From Phoronis australis (taxonomy: Eukaryota; Animalia; Phoronida), in the NCBI GenBank assembly GCA_002633005.1, contig NMRA01000016.1, positions 347,396 to 411,395 on the forward strand: a stretch of DNA of 64,000 nt. The letters run 5' to 3'. Both the position numbers and the translations under genes were made by a program. Every line of letters starts with the position of its first letter. Position 1 is the first letter of the stretch. Below the pieces are notes generated by a model. That model ran no database searches and was not told where the DNA came from. It worked only from the letters and a program-made list of their open reading frames with translations. Below are positions 1-16,700 of this stretch, piece after piece.

Positions 1-124
1 ACTTCACTAGGTGGCATAGCTGAGGAAACATACTGTCGAGACATTAAGATAAGATTCATATTATTATTGATTGCAGGGACATTATCAGCAAGAAAAGTAA
101 TTACTGAGATCAGTCGCAATGAAA

Positions 125-190
125 ATTCTAACCCGCAACCTACATGACCGCAGTCTAATGCTCTGCTGGCAGAGGAGCTAAACCTCACTT
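125..190 (-). mobile_element. Degenerate tRNA-derived SINE head
   Basis: Minus strand reads TAGCTC...AGAGCATTAGACTGC...AGGTTGCGGGTTAGAAT (A-box and B-box-like); no intact cloverleaf. Confidence 0.3.
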
Positions 191-1209
191 AATAAATGGC
201 GGAGTATTTTGAGTGTACTTAGCTAGTGAAGTCTGTGGCTTTGATTTCAAATGTCTGGCAGACAATGGCCAAGGTTTTAGGCTCACCAAAATATTTCTAT
301 TTGGAACCTTAAACTTCCGTTAAAAAAGACGAGGGTCGTTTTTGGCGACAAATCCGTTGCACAAGCTTGTATTATTTGTAGTAATGGGCACGACAACATC
401 ATATGGAAATTGACGAACATTATATTGAACGAGATTGGTAACAATCACATACAAAAATAACATACTTCATGAGATATGTCCTCAAAATTTATTTACACCT
501 TTATGCAAAAGCTTGCAGCCCAGAGACATCAGATGTCACACAGGTCAAACGTGAACATTCAACATTTTTATCACACACAAATTGTATAGGCCAAACTGTT
601 GCATGCACGAGATTACAGAATAGGCCTGTACCGGATTACACCTGCAGTGACAGAACTCTTCTTTCTCCAGGAGGTAAGAAAGTGTGCTTTCAAATGGGCC
701 TCGTTTTGGAAAGTCAGACAAATTTTCACAGGTCATGTCAGAAACCGTCGAGGTGTATGGCTACAGAAATATTCTCAATCTCAACCGTTTAAAAGTACCG
801 GAATTGAAAAGGCGTCTTCCGCAAAGGGGACACTATACAGTTCAAAATTAACCTCAAACTTGCTTTATCCACTTGGTCTGCATTTTCTTGTCTTTGATTG
901 ATGTCAGGAAGGCGAAGAACTTAGCATCACGCATCCATACATTTGTAAAGTTTAACCAAAATTCTCCTGTTGGAGTTGCAGAGCACAGCACAGCAGTAAT
1001 ACTGCATTCATTTGGCTTTGGAAGGACAAATAAAGTAATGCAGCCAAGAAAAAAATTGAAGAATACAACAACAAAGAACATGTGGAACTCCAACTGCGCA
1101 AAATGCAAAAGTGCATGAAGGATAACGCGGCATTGTGGGTTACTGCAGCAAGATTCAAGTGTTGTTGTGTAACTCAGGACAACCCTATTGGCAAGAAAGA
1201 CCACCTTAC

Positions 1210-4060
<2,851 letters not shown>

Positions 4061-5547
4061 TCAGACCCTGAATGCATGAAAACAAAATTCATTTAATCTT
4101 TAGAGTGAACCCGTAAATGCAAAATTATAACTACTCAAATCCTGACATGATATAGTGCATTTAATTTACTATACAAAAATTTGGAGCGAGACAACTGTAT
4201 TTATCTCATTGTGTCATTTGACAGCCTTTTACCCAAACAAATCTGACTACAGCCTCATGTCTGAGGAATGATGGCTGATTCAACTGGCACTGAGTAAAAT
4301 GACCAAAAACATTTGTGATTATCTTTATATCTAAATGTAGTTAAGTGCTACTTTCAAAAACTAACTAAAACATCTAAACAACAAAGGTTTACCAATCAGG
4401 TGAATAGGCCTTTCTTATTTAAAATCCCATGCCCCTATAAATGACTTAGAATGCCTGCCGGTTTGCTAATGCGAAAACTTCTGAAACCTCCAACAAAGTA
4501 CTAGTAACATGAATCACAGAAACACGTGGCAACTAAAACTGGATTTAAAAATCACCCCCAAGGCAATAACCAGTGTTGGACACGAGCATCTTGTTAAAGG
4601 AGTCAGGTACGAATGGAGTTCACTCATTGCATCAGCGAATAGAACTGTATGTGGCCATTAGGTGAAATTTTGAAACTCTGAAGTGTGCTTGAAAGATGAA
4701 TCAACATCAGATAAGTTAAGTAAGATTATCCCGACGATTTTGGTTCTGGCTCTATCAGTTGGCAGCAGGTTCAGTAGTTTGTGTGAGCGATGTGGCTCTG
4801 GACAGTGTGCTGGAAGACCCAAGGCAAGCACAAGTTGTAACTTTGTTATTTCTGGGAAAAATTTTATGCTTCAAAAATGAATTATGATTTTTTTACAATA
4901 CAGACAGATACACCCAACAGAAATACAAGTAGAAACAGAGTTTTAGTACAGTTCGGCAAGGTTGGTTTGTAACAAAAGCCAACCGAACGCAAAGAGAAAT
5001 TCAATGCTCATTGAAATGAAGTTTCTTCTTTCACAAAAGAAAATTGAATTATTGAGATGGGTATGAAATCGAGAGAAACTGGCCTGGCAACATACATCAG
5101 GATGGTTCTCAAATTCGCCATTAGGCTGGCATTGGCTATACTGTTGCATGTTCAATGTTTCAGTAATAAAGGATAGAACTGCCATTTGTACAGGCAACAA
5201 ATACCTGGTGCACTAAACAATTTGAAAATTGTTAGTACCAGGTATGTCAATGATGGAGACATATTAGTTCAGTTACGCATGACCTATCTTGAGAACTGCA
5301 CTTGCCCACGAAAAAAATGCCCGCATTAATTTCACAGGCAAGATATAGTGTTTTTTGAAAAGCTTCACATAGGCATGCGACTAAGGGTAAACGAGTGTTT
5401 GAATAACACGATTTGCCAAGCAATGGTAACATGTTTTTTATGAGCTGCACAACTACAAGTTACATAATTAAAGGTAAACCAGGTTTTAGACTCCATGATT
5501 TTCCAAATCATGAGTAGAAAAGAAACAAATACCACGTAGTCTCAGAT

Positions 5548-6000
5548 GGATTTTCTTTTTTAAGTGACCACAGCAAAAATACTACAGACCCGGAATGAGC
5601 TGTCTTACAACATCTCTTGTGGCGCTTTTTTATTGCCCATCTTACCAGAGATCATCATTTTTTATTTTACTTATCTGTATTCTCCATATTTACTTATCAT
5701 TGTATTAGTCATAATAAATGACCTTATATCGCCTACCTCGGTCTCCTTTTCATCTCTGGTAACGAGCTTGCGACACACGTATCATTTATCTATTATTCGG
5801 GACATATGTTGATCATGCAAACAAATACCAAATAGCCTCGGATGGATTTTCTTTTTTAAGTGAGCCACAGCAAAAAAACTACAGACCCGATTGTCAAAAA
5901 TATGACAATTTGCCGGACTAAAAGCAGAAAAAGAACAAGTACCAGTCTCGAATGGATTTTCTTTAAGTGCACCAGCCCGGCAAAACATAGTATGAGACCT
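5548..6000. repeat. Three degenerate direct copies of GGATTTTCTTTTTTAAGTG..CAGCAAAAA..ACTACAGACCCG
   Basis: Copies begin near 5548, 5844 and 5954. Confidence 0.55.
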
Positions 6001-6499
6001 GATTTCAAAAAAGAAAAAAAAACACCCGAACCAACGGGTACTATCTTTTTGGCCTAATGGTATATACCTACCGAAAATTCTAACAAATGAACAAATACAG
6101 ACCCTCGCCAAAGTTTTGTCAATTTGTACTGTACTCAGGCCTTGGTTGTATTGATCACGTAAGTCACGTTATGCCAAAGTAAGTGACAGACAGCCATGTA
6201 CACTGTAGACTAGATCTAATGAAAAATGCTAACTGTAACTTGATACCGGATAGCTTTACCAATTTTATGTCTGCGGTCCATGGGTATAACGACCTCACCT
6301 GCTGAGCACTCACATATTATCAGACATCACATGAGTGGTTCTGGTGACAGTGTTGATTCGCAAAGCAGTGGACATAAATTGGCCGGGGTTAAAGTCCAAA
6401 GTCCAAACTGCTTTGTGATTCTAAGCAACAAAAGTTTAAGTGCGATATTAATGAGGCAACAACACACATCTTAATTTCAAGCAACTTCCCAATGAATAA

Positions 6500-7764
6500 A
6501 ATCCACATCATTACAATTTGACAGATTTGTCTGCTAAACGTTCACGACCACCGCATGTTTTCCTCAAAGCACTTTCTGCACCTCCAACACAGGAGACTCG
6601 CACTTTATGATTGGAACGTTAAAACTTTTGCCAATTGTTCAATATGGATTGAGTTGTGTATAATTATATGAAATTACTTACTAGTGGATTTAGAATTCTT
6701 AGATAAGCGTTGTTCATAGCTTTCGTAGACTAAATAATTCGAAACTATGTGAAGGTGTTTTCCGACACGTGACTACAGAATAACCAATCAGGAAGGGAAT
6801 TCCCTCAAACAAATTCCCGCCATGTAGTACTAGCAATAACCCAGACAGATGATTTTTCAAGTACACTTACTTTCGGTGTCATTAAAGAACATTCTGTTGT
6901 GAGACGATTTTGTAGATCATCAGCAGATGAGGTAAGTGCTAGTAGTTTAACCGGGAAACTTTTGTTTTTTTCAATGGAGCAAGTATTTTCTTTGAAAATC
7001 TTGCAATATTCGAAGTTGTGTTCCGTAGTTAACTTGTTCACATCCATCACGTAGTCACTTCGACTCAGCTCGTTCTGTAGTCGCACGCGTAAATTAAAAC
7101 CATTGGATCTTTAAAGCCTATTAGAATGTGATATTACATTCGTTATATATGGCATTTTATCAGATGTTGTGTGGTAAAAGTTATTTAAAGAGTGGTGAAT
7201 GTTCTAAAATGGGAATATATACAAGAGATTCGCTCGGCTGCCGAAATCGCCTGCATGGATAGCATTTTCACTCATTGCTTTGTTTCTGTTAATTGAACCC
7301 GCTCTTTCTCCAATTTTCTACTAATCCGCGAGAATTTTTAAAACTCGTTTAGCTTTATTTGCTTAATATTTCTTTTCAAAGTTGGATGCAACTCCAAAGT
7401 TTATATTAATCACTTGTCCGGTCACATGACCTGAGTCTCAGGAGCGCGGCTATTCAGTTTTTAGTCAAATTGCAGGGAAAATAAAACTTCCCTCTCGCAT
7501 TTGTACCTCTGAATATCCTTACTGCTTTCTAGAACGAAGATATGTTGTGCAATATTTGAGAAAATTTTGCTTTAGTGCCGTAAACACATAAAATCGAGGA
7601 ACAAGTGCGAATTCCCGAAGACGTCATCGCCGATTTGTTCAGTGTGGAATGTGGATTCCAAGACAAGTGAATGCATTCTGCTGTTTCTCGACAAAATAAT
7701 GCCAGAAATATCTTTGCGTTACGCGAAGTTTTGTGCTTGGGCAAATTGCTTGTTTTTACTATAA
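6500..7764. promoter_or_regulatory. Candidate divergent promoter region of TMEM144 and CRAMP1
   Basis: Lies between divergent 5' ends; E-box CACGTG near 6766, CCAATCA near 6784, CpG enrichment; YY1-like CGCCATTTT (~7857) and AAAATGGC (~8052) in CRAMP1 intron 1. Transcription start sites cannot be determined. Confidence 0.45.
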
Positions 7765-10653
7765 ATGGTGCGACAGCGTAGGTCTAATTCAGCGACTGGG
7801 AAGACAAAGGAAAGATTAAATTTACGGTAGGCCAACTCAAACATTCAGTGTTGAACCGCCATTTTGATTTTTGATGATGTTTTGTTTTTGACGCAAATTC
7901 TTCCACTAGTCAGTCAGTTGTTTTATTTTAGTAATTGTTGCCAAATCACTTGCTATTTAATATTTTAAGCTAATTATTTAAGCCCAGATCGTTTCACTAT
8001 TCCTTCTCTTTTTCGTAGTACTTGAGAAATTCTGTGCTGAAGCCGGATAACAAAATGGCTGCCGGTCTTATTTTCTTAACAATCGACATGAATTAGTTTA
8101 GTAATTACCTTAAATTACGCTCGAATGCTGCGTTTGAATTTAAATTTTCATGTGATTTTACTAGACCAGCAACCAACCCTGAAGAAGGAGCAAGTCCTAA
8201 TGAAGCAGGAACGTCTAACACCAAAGCTGATAAGCACCCAAACAAGAGGGCAAAGCTGACAGGGTCACCTGAAATAATTGGCAGCCAAACAGTTACTGAT
8301 GAAGGAGTGAACAAAATAGAAAGCTCCCACATTGCCACACGATCAAGCACTCGGCAAGTTAAAAAGATCAAACGAGATGAATCGTGTTCTACACCATTGA
8401 CAAAAGGTTTGATTTTGCACATTTTCAGTTTTGTGGCCTTATTTGCTTGTTATTTACACAGTTAGTGGTACATGATGGATCATGTCTGCCATAAAAAGTC
8501 TGAAAATTGTCTTGTCTTTTGTTGGGCCTTTTGTTAAAAGATGCCTTTGGGAAGGAATGGTGGGGAACATTTAACATATATTACATATTTATAGACCTGT
8601 GAAATAATGAACGGATGATTTCTTGTGTTTATAATTAGCCTATTTCAACTTTGCTATGTATACGTTTTTTTAATCCACACTTGAAATTGTTTAGTCTGAT
8701 AATTGTCTTTTGCTTGTGTTTTTTACGGATAAATTTTCCCATGAGCTCATTCACACTTCTTCCTTTTTTATCTTACTTCTTGGAAGTTTTTGTTTGCTTT
8801 GATATTTTCATGTTCCATTAATATTATACCTAGTGCTCGATTTGTCGACCTGCCGGTCGCCATTACAACTTCAGATTGTGTTTGGTGACTTGGGAAAATT
8901 CCAAGACGTCACAGCGAGTATCAAAGTCAGGTCGTCTGAAGCGGTGATATCACGCATATTCGCGTAAAGGTGGTGTAAACTACAATATACGGAGCGAATG
9001 GTTTATATTTATGGGAGAAATGCCAGGGTTATATGTAATTTTCTATAGTGGTTACTGTGGCATGAAGGTTTTTTGGGGTCAGCGACCTCCGATCTCAGTT
9101 TTGGCGACCTCAGTTTTGGTGACCTCAGTTTTCATTTGGTGACCTTGGATTTTCCATAAGTCACATTTGGTGAGACGGCGTTAAGCTAAGTGTCGAGCAC
9201 TGACGTCACTTAGGAGGGTGAGCGCTCAACTGATTTTAACTCAAGGACATTGTCCCCTGATGGCGGTATTGGTCTACTCTTTGTAAGCATTTTTGTCTGA
9301 ATACTGCCATGATAATCACTGAAAATGTCTTAGTAATAACTTAAAGAGGGATGGTACTTGTGTATCTGTTTTCCAGTTCCAACTTAGGACCTTCTTGGGG
9401 GGGTGGGTGTTTAGGGTTGGGTTAATGTACTCTTGCTTTTATTGTTTTTTTTGTTTGTTGTTTTTAAACTTCACCCAAATGTTTTGATTTAATTAAGATT
9501 AATGTTCTTATTTACGTTTGTACCCTTTGATGGTGAATTTAGATTGTTTTTCGTTTTGCACCTGATACTTCTTAGACAGGTTCTCGTTGATTTGCTCAAT
9601 CCTTTGCACACATTCATTAATTTTTCTCTCCAGTACTAATAGTACTACTGTGTGTCAATGTTATTATTTGAATGTAAGGCCAAAGAAAAAATGAATAGTA
9701 GGTTACGTTCTTTGTTTTTTTAAAAATCATTGTGCTTATGTGGTATTATTTTAGTTGTCAGTATTTTCATAAAGGAAAGTCAACTGATGGCAGCTGAACT
9801 GTGTTGATACAGCGCCACCTGATGCCAGCTGTGAGGCACAGGTTTCAAAGTGATTCTGGTACAGACCAGAACCAATTACGCTGGGTTCTTGCCTAGTTAA
9901 CACATCTTAATGTTTTTCAGGAAAAGACAGCAAGACATCAAATACACCAGATGGCGCTAAAGCCTTGCCAGCTAAAAGTCGACGCCCATGGGAACTTTGG
10001 ACAGCTAACGATAAGAAGCTGTTTTTCGAAGGACTTTTCCAGGTTAGACATGTAACCTGTTTTCTGAGGATCGTGTGTCTTTTGTTGTTGATACAATTAT
10101 TTGCTTCTTCAATAATATTCTTAAGGGAATAGGATACCCACAATCACCAAGGATGGAATTGCTTAATAACTTTTTAAGTATCAATTTAGTGGACCCATAA
10201 ATTGGATGTTTTTAAAATCTTTGATAATCACAAAATCACTTTATGTGCACGAAAGTAATGCTCAGATTCCGTTACCTGAATGATAAATTTGAGATTTCCT
10301 AATTGCGTCGGTCTTGTAGTGGTACTCATGGGGGTCGCATATCAATAATTGCGTCCGAAATATTGTTCGCTATTTTTGTTTCAACAACATGGTTCTAGTA
10401 TTCGATTATTTTTAATTATTGTGTGATTACTGACCATGATTATTATATTAGTAAAATGTAAACACAAGATGGCTTGGCCGGTCTTGTTCATGATGTGCTG
10501 GCTTTCGGAAATACAGCGTTCAAAGTGAACAACGAGCTTTTGCAAAAACGAACCCAAGTGCTGAGTTGTCCTGATGAGGCCTGTTGCACCCCTTAGGGAT
10601 CCAGTGCAACTGTGGCATTAAAAAGCTGTGAAAGTTCCATCCAGCAACAGCAA

Positions 10654-10725
<72 letters not shown>

Positions 10726-13700
10726 TTCAATATAAGACCATATCAAACCACAAAGGGAAGTGACGTTGCTTTAGAAGAGATGAGAGCACAGAAATAATTT
10801 TGTAATGGCACTTTTACTGGTACGGAGTGATCTTGCTTTTACACCCGTGCGTAAATTCAAATGGTGTCCACATGCGCCAGGTGTATATTTGCACGTGTGT
10901 AAACTTACATTTAAACTACCTCTTGAAGTGGTGTAATTATACACCCGAGTGTAGCTTAACACCTGAGCATGTATGCGTTTATATGGCAAAAATACACACC
11001 CTATGTAAATATACACTTAGTTGTAAATATACACTCTAGTATAGACACCATCATGTAAATGTGACTATTTAGAATTTTGTCAGTAAATGCACTCTTTTTG
11101 CAGAAACTAGCCCTGAAAACATCACTGTTGTATATACTTATTCCATGGGAGTACCCCCCCCGGGTTGTAGCAAACGGTGTCTGCAAAAGAACTGGAAATA
11201 TAAGATACCTCTTGCTTTAGTCACTTGTGTTCGGCAGCAGACAAGTGTACTGTTGAGAGAACTGAGTTCTTGTTGCATGTATTAAAATAGAGTGTTGCAC
11301 TGTGTTGAAGAGCCCTGTTCCAGTTTGGAAACAGGTTCATCTAGGATTTCGAAACTAGGGCTTCCAAAATGGGTTTCCCCATTTCTCAGGGTGTCCATGT
11401 TCAATAACGCGTGACAGCGTTTTGATGACCCCAGGTCAAATTGCTGTTATAGTGTGGTGTGTTACTGTGGTTGTGCAACAAAATTTTTTCATATCATGCA
11501 TCATTTCTAAGCCAACTTATTTCATTCTTGTCAGACCAATGAGGTCCCAGAGCTACTACTAGCAAGTTCAAAAACATCCATGCTTACTTGTTTACTTCAC
11601 TCGGGGGTCTAATTGCCAAACAGGACGTCCTAGCTAGTGCGTCTAATTTTAGTCAAAGTGTACCTTTGGACGCTCTTGACTTTCTCTAGAGTAAGGCCTG
11701 TTTGTGGAAATTTTGAGCTGTTTGAAAACCTGTAAAATGATAGTGGCATGGTCAGTTAGTGAAGATAATATATGACTTGTGTATATTCTCTGAATTAGGA
11801 AGGTTATTTCACAACAAATGTAATAGCCATTTTCCAATACATCATAACAAATAAGTAGCAATGTAATGAAATGGAGTATAAACCTTACCAATTGTGTAGT
11901 TGATGGGCAGTGTTTTGTATTCTCACGTGGGTATTTAATGCACTGCCATTTCCTGTTTCTTGATGTAAATTCATTGTGATCATTGTACCATAAAATTGTC
12001 ACTTAGTGTTTTGCCTCTGTCAACTGGACTCAGAATTATAAATGGGTCAAAAGGCCAAAGAGTTGTATGTCCGATGATTCTTATTTGAGTTTTGTTTTGA
12101 TTTTGCCCCAGAAGAGCTTGTTGATCGACCGTTGTCATTTCAAATGAGTAAGCAAACATTCACAATACACACGTGCCTATAACATGCAAAAGAATTGTTG
12201 GGGCTCTCCCCGGTGCCCGTTTCGTAGTATTTTATTACATTTTCCCAGAAGGTTTTGCACTTTTCATTCCTGTGGAGACTGCAGTTAATTTTCTCATCTG
12301 AATTTGAACTCGTCTTTAAAAAGAGAGCGAGACTTACTGTTTTGCACTGGCTAATGTGATGATTGTGGTCTACTTCCTCAAGGTTCATTCTAGGTCAATA
12401 GGTCGTTTTGCTTAAAGCATGCATACAGATAAAAAGTTACTGGAACCGCTGGAAAATTGTTTACAGTTTGGTTTTCCTTATTTTACGTGATTACATTTTG
12501 TGGAGTTACTGTCGATTTGGTGGCTTATATTTTTTGACGTAAGCTTGCTTCGTTTTACCCAGAAATTGGCGATTTGTTCACACGGCCGTTTTCACATGTG
12601 CTTCATGCCTAGTGTTTTTTGTTTTTTGTTTTGTTTTGCTAGCACATCAAATTGCTTCTACTCAATATCTGTTGTTATTTTGTAGTATGGTAAAGACTTT
12701 GACGCCATCCAAGACTTTATCCAAAAGAAGGTCGGACGTAAGACTGACCCACATCTGATTAAGAACAAAGATCAGGTGCGCTACTTCTACTACCGCACCT
12801 GGAACAAAATCCAGAAGTTCGTAGATATTGACAACAAGGTAGAAAAGTCTACCCAGGAGTTGTACGGCTTGATCAACTTTGGAGAGTTGAGGAAAAGAGT
12901 CGGACCAGGATTGAGTATGTTATCTCTGACGTCATGCTTTGTGTATTGCTGACAATAATTTGAACTCTGGCTTCAATTAGATTAAAGTTTATTCATTGGT
13001 TATCACTAATGGAAAACTTAAAGAAGCTGGAAAATGTCAAAACTATCTTTCAAGAATGGACAACCCAAAGGAAACTCTCAGAAAGTTTCCTAACATCAAT
13101 GAAAACTGATTCTGGGAGGGGAAATCACGAATTAATGCTTTCAATTGGGAAAAAAAATCCTGGAAAACTTTTGTAGACATAAAACAGTGTCAGTGTAAGA
13201 CGTGATTGGTTTGTTTCCCTCAACCTATCACATTGCATGTGCATAAATCGAAACATTTTGTTCACTTTGCAAAATAGTTTTTAATGGTAAAAATGAAAAC
13301 TTTTTCACACCTACCCACCTGTCTCAGAGGAGCGAGGGTTTGGTGAGAAGTGGTTGGTGTTTTTTGGGCAGCCTTGGGCATAGTAAATTTTTGATCTCCC
13401 AGTTGAAAGTTTTTAGTAAACATTGTTCTAGATAAACATTCTAATTCATAAGAATATTTATTGAATATTTTTGTTGTAATTTTAAATTGTTTTTAAAGTT
13501 CAGAGTGTGCTGTCTTTAAAATTTGAATTCAACGCTCGTGTTCAGCTCAATGGCTACCCAAGGTTGTTTAATGCCCATCTCGAATTTGTATGACTGACTT
13601 CTTCAATAGTGCCAGTGTCTCTGAGAACACACGTCTCCCAAGAGTTTTAGCTCCCAAAACCTTGGCATCGTGTAGGAAAGTACTCTTTACTGAAGGAGAC

Positions 13701-16700
13701 GTGAAGTAGTTCTTTTGGCTCGTGGACTCTCTAGTGTTGTCTTACTTGTGAGAAAGGCTTTTAGATGAGCGAATCAACCGTTCGGGTAAATGCGAATCCA
13801 GATTTCTCAAAAATTTCATTTTTAAATGCCCATGCTGAGCTTAAGGCCCTCCTTAAGTTTTTATTTTCTTAATTTAAGCATTCTGGATAGTGACTCAGAC
13901 GAGTATGTTTCTCCTATTTCTGAACAGAACTTGACCAAAAGACGGGACAGAAGTTTCGCGAGCTGGTCCACAATGGACTGACTACCATCAAGTTTCGTGG
14001 GAAGAACTACCGTCTCCGAACACCGGTGTGCAGGGCTTTGAAAGTCTTGAACAAGCTGAGTGAGGGTAAGTAGTTGACAGACAGGCGTGATGGACATGTG
14101 TCCCATACAATGATGCCGCAGTCATAACCATGACAGTATCTGTGGGAATACTAAGGGCGTGCTGATTGAGTGGAGAGTTTTTTTTGCAAACAAAAGTGTT
14201 ACAGAATTATTGAAGCTATTTGTTACCCTGTGGTCGAAGTGCTATTTTGCGGTCTTGTGATTGTTATGTAGTGTAATTATTCTCAGATATTTTCACAGTG
14301 CTACTTTTTCGTGAAGAAAAATTAAAATAAAGAACTGTCAAACAATGTAAATATAACTTTCTAGGGTATGTGTACGTTGTGTGTATATTTTGTTGTGTGA
14401 TGAATTAGCTCAATATAAAGATTTTCAACTTTGCTTCATTTCATTCATTTAACAGTTGTTCCACTTTCACACAGCCATGCATGTTGCCCTTGATTAAGTC
14501 TTTATTCAAAGCACAAGAAAACTCTTAGGAAAGATTTCTCCTATTAGTACTTGCAGTCCAATCGAGCATGACTTTCTAAAATGTTCACTAGTACCATAGT
14601 TCGCTGTAGTCTAGGCAACGTGTATACACTAAGTTTTCTTGGAATTTGTGGAATGCAGTGTTCTAGGTGATAGAACAGGTACATTGTAATGCATTTTAAC
14701 TGAACTTATCACCCAGGTGTTATTATCCTTAATGAACCTTTTAGAAGAAATTTTCAGATTTATTTAAAATTTTATTTTTCTGTTTCTCGTAGGTGAAAAG
14801 GAGCAGCGACTCAGTCTGCCTGAGAGCCTCTTCGTCGAGTTACAGCCCAAAAATAATGAAGCGTGGTCACGTGTCCAGTCGTGTTCCCATAATCCCCACG
14901 TCAAAATGACAATCAAACCATCGCGGCAGCTGGCGTCCATATTCTCATTTCTGGATAAAAAGTGGAAAACTGCTGATGAAAAGCTGGTAAATATTGTCTC
15001 TGTCAGCTAAGATGATAATTAGACAGACTTACTGTAGTAGCGTGAATAGTATTCATTGTAAGGGAATTGATGTTGATTTTTGGCACTTCATGGTGTAGAT
15101 CAGACCTTATACTTGCCACGAAATATTTTGCGTGGAGTCAATCTCCTCGAGTTAAAAATTAAGTACACTTACCTAAGCTGTACTGTTCATGTTATCTGCC
15201 TGTCTCTTTCAAGAAAATGGAGACATTTCCATTTGTTGCCAGGCATGTAATGGTGCCATCCAAGAGGTTACTCGTTACTATAAAAAGCTGGGTAAGCCTC
15301 TACCATACTTTGGATGCACGGGTTTAGTATCCATATAGTAGAGGCTTGCCCAGCTTTTTATAGTCTAACGAGTAACCTCGTGGATGGCAAAAAATGGAGG
15401 CGTCTGTCCATTTTCATGAAAGAGACGGGCAGACTTGAATGCTTCTTTCACAAACAACCTGTTGGTCGATAACAAGGCTCTCGGGAGTTTTAGGCCAGGC
15501 ATTTCGTGGAATGGGCCCAACTATGAGGCCTGAGCTTGTCTGATGCATCATTGTATATATGTTTCTATGCGTTGCCTTTTTTGTATGTTCACTTTGAAAT
15601 GGTGACTTATAAGCCCTAGTTGTGTCTGGGTAGCAATTGCTACAGGTCACTAAAATAATTGATGATCGATTGATTGATTAATTGATTGCACTTCAAGAGG
15701 CACAGTGCCTACACTCTTTTTTAGTACAATGCAATGCAATCGAAATTAGATATTATTATGATCATTTATAGGATGTCTTAGTCCATTGTTTTTCATATTT
15801 GTGTTTTCTTTTGTTATGGATTTTAACTTCACTACGAGTAACGGTACGTTTAATGAGGAGACTTGTTCTTGTGAATCACTGAATCTTGGTTAGAAGGTCA
15901 AGTGAGGTGTCTAGTTAACCCGAAGCAGTGGTGATTGTGGACGATATCTGTGGATGGTAAATTGGTATGGTAAGCACCAATAACAAATGAATGTAGACTA
16001 CATGGGTACATGTACTGTGAACTTTGGACCTGTCACATTAAAAGTTACGTCATTGCAGCAGAAAACGCACTCAAATGTGAACACAGTTACAATGTCTGTC
16101 ATTCTTTCAGAGAGATAAACTGCAGGTCGTCGTGAAAACTGAGACTGAGCTGCGACTAAGCGTCCCACAGAACAATAAAGTATACCCAGTAACCTTCAAA
16201 ACAGCTGAGGCGCAGCCAAGGTTAGGGGTGACCCTAGAGAATTATAAGGAAAACTTCAAAAGTAAGTGGCTCAGCACTTCTGTAGGTTTTGTTTAGACAT
16301 TCCATGTTGCAGTTTATTTTCAACCATGGTGTCACTTATACGAAGAAAAAATGGCGCCGGTGGTCTGATACATGTTGCACCAGACGTGTGCAGGCTGCTC
16401 AGTCGGGTGTATTGCACCAAACACCTAAAACCATTTTTCGTTTATGAGTATACACATAATATGACAAATACACAAATTGAGACCAAACTAAAAAGCTAGA
16501 GACCTGACTCAAGGGTCCAACGGTGGGGTTTAGTGGTATTCGAATCTACTATCTTGTGAACAGGAGGCAGACACTCCACCGACTGGGCCACACTGCCTCC
16601 TTCTTTGTCGGTATACGAGGTCATTGTCTGTCTGTGTTTATAGTTACTTTATGTTTCAGCTGTGACAGATTCACCCACTCAAAAAGTGAATGCGGTCACC

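Noticed and set aside
854-1209. Further TMEM144 exons within ORF 854-1315 or 545-840
   Set aside because: No phase-compatible segment gives recognisable TMEM144 sequence; left unassigned.
4660-4851. Possible TMEM144 upstream coding exon (acceptor at 4852), and a short ATG exon at 6281-6260
   Set aside because: All frames stop before a donor or before the main ORF; at most 5' UTR exons, which cannot be supported without transcripts.
10570-10640. CTGATGAG...GAAA as a hammerhead ribozyme
   Set aside because: GAAA is not adjacent to a closing stem II, and no stem I/III or NUH site could be formed.
10612-10797. PolyQ ORF as a CRAMP1 exon or separate gene
   Set aside because: It lies between two phase-0 exons that join seamlessly inside the SANT domain (FQ|YGKDF); no good splice sites; explained by a microsatellite.
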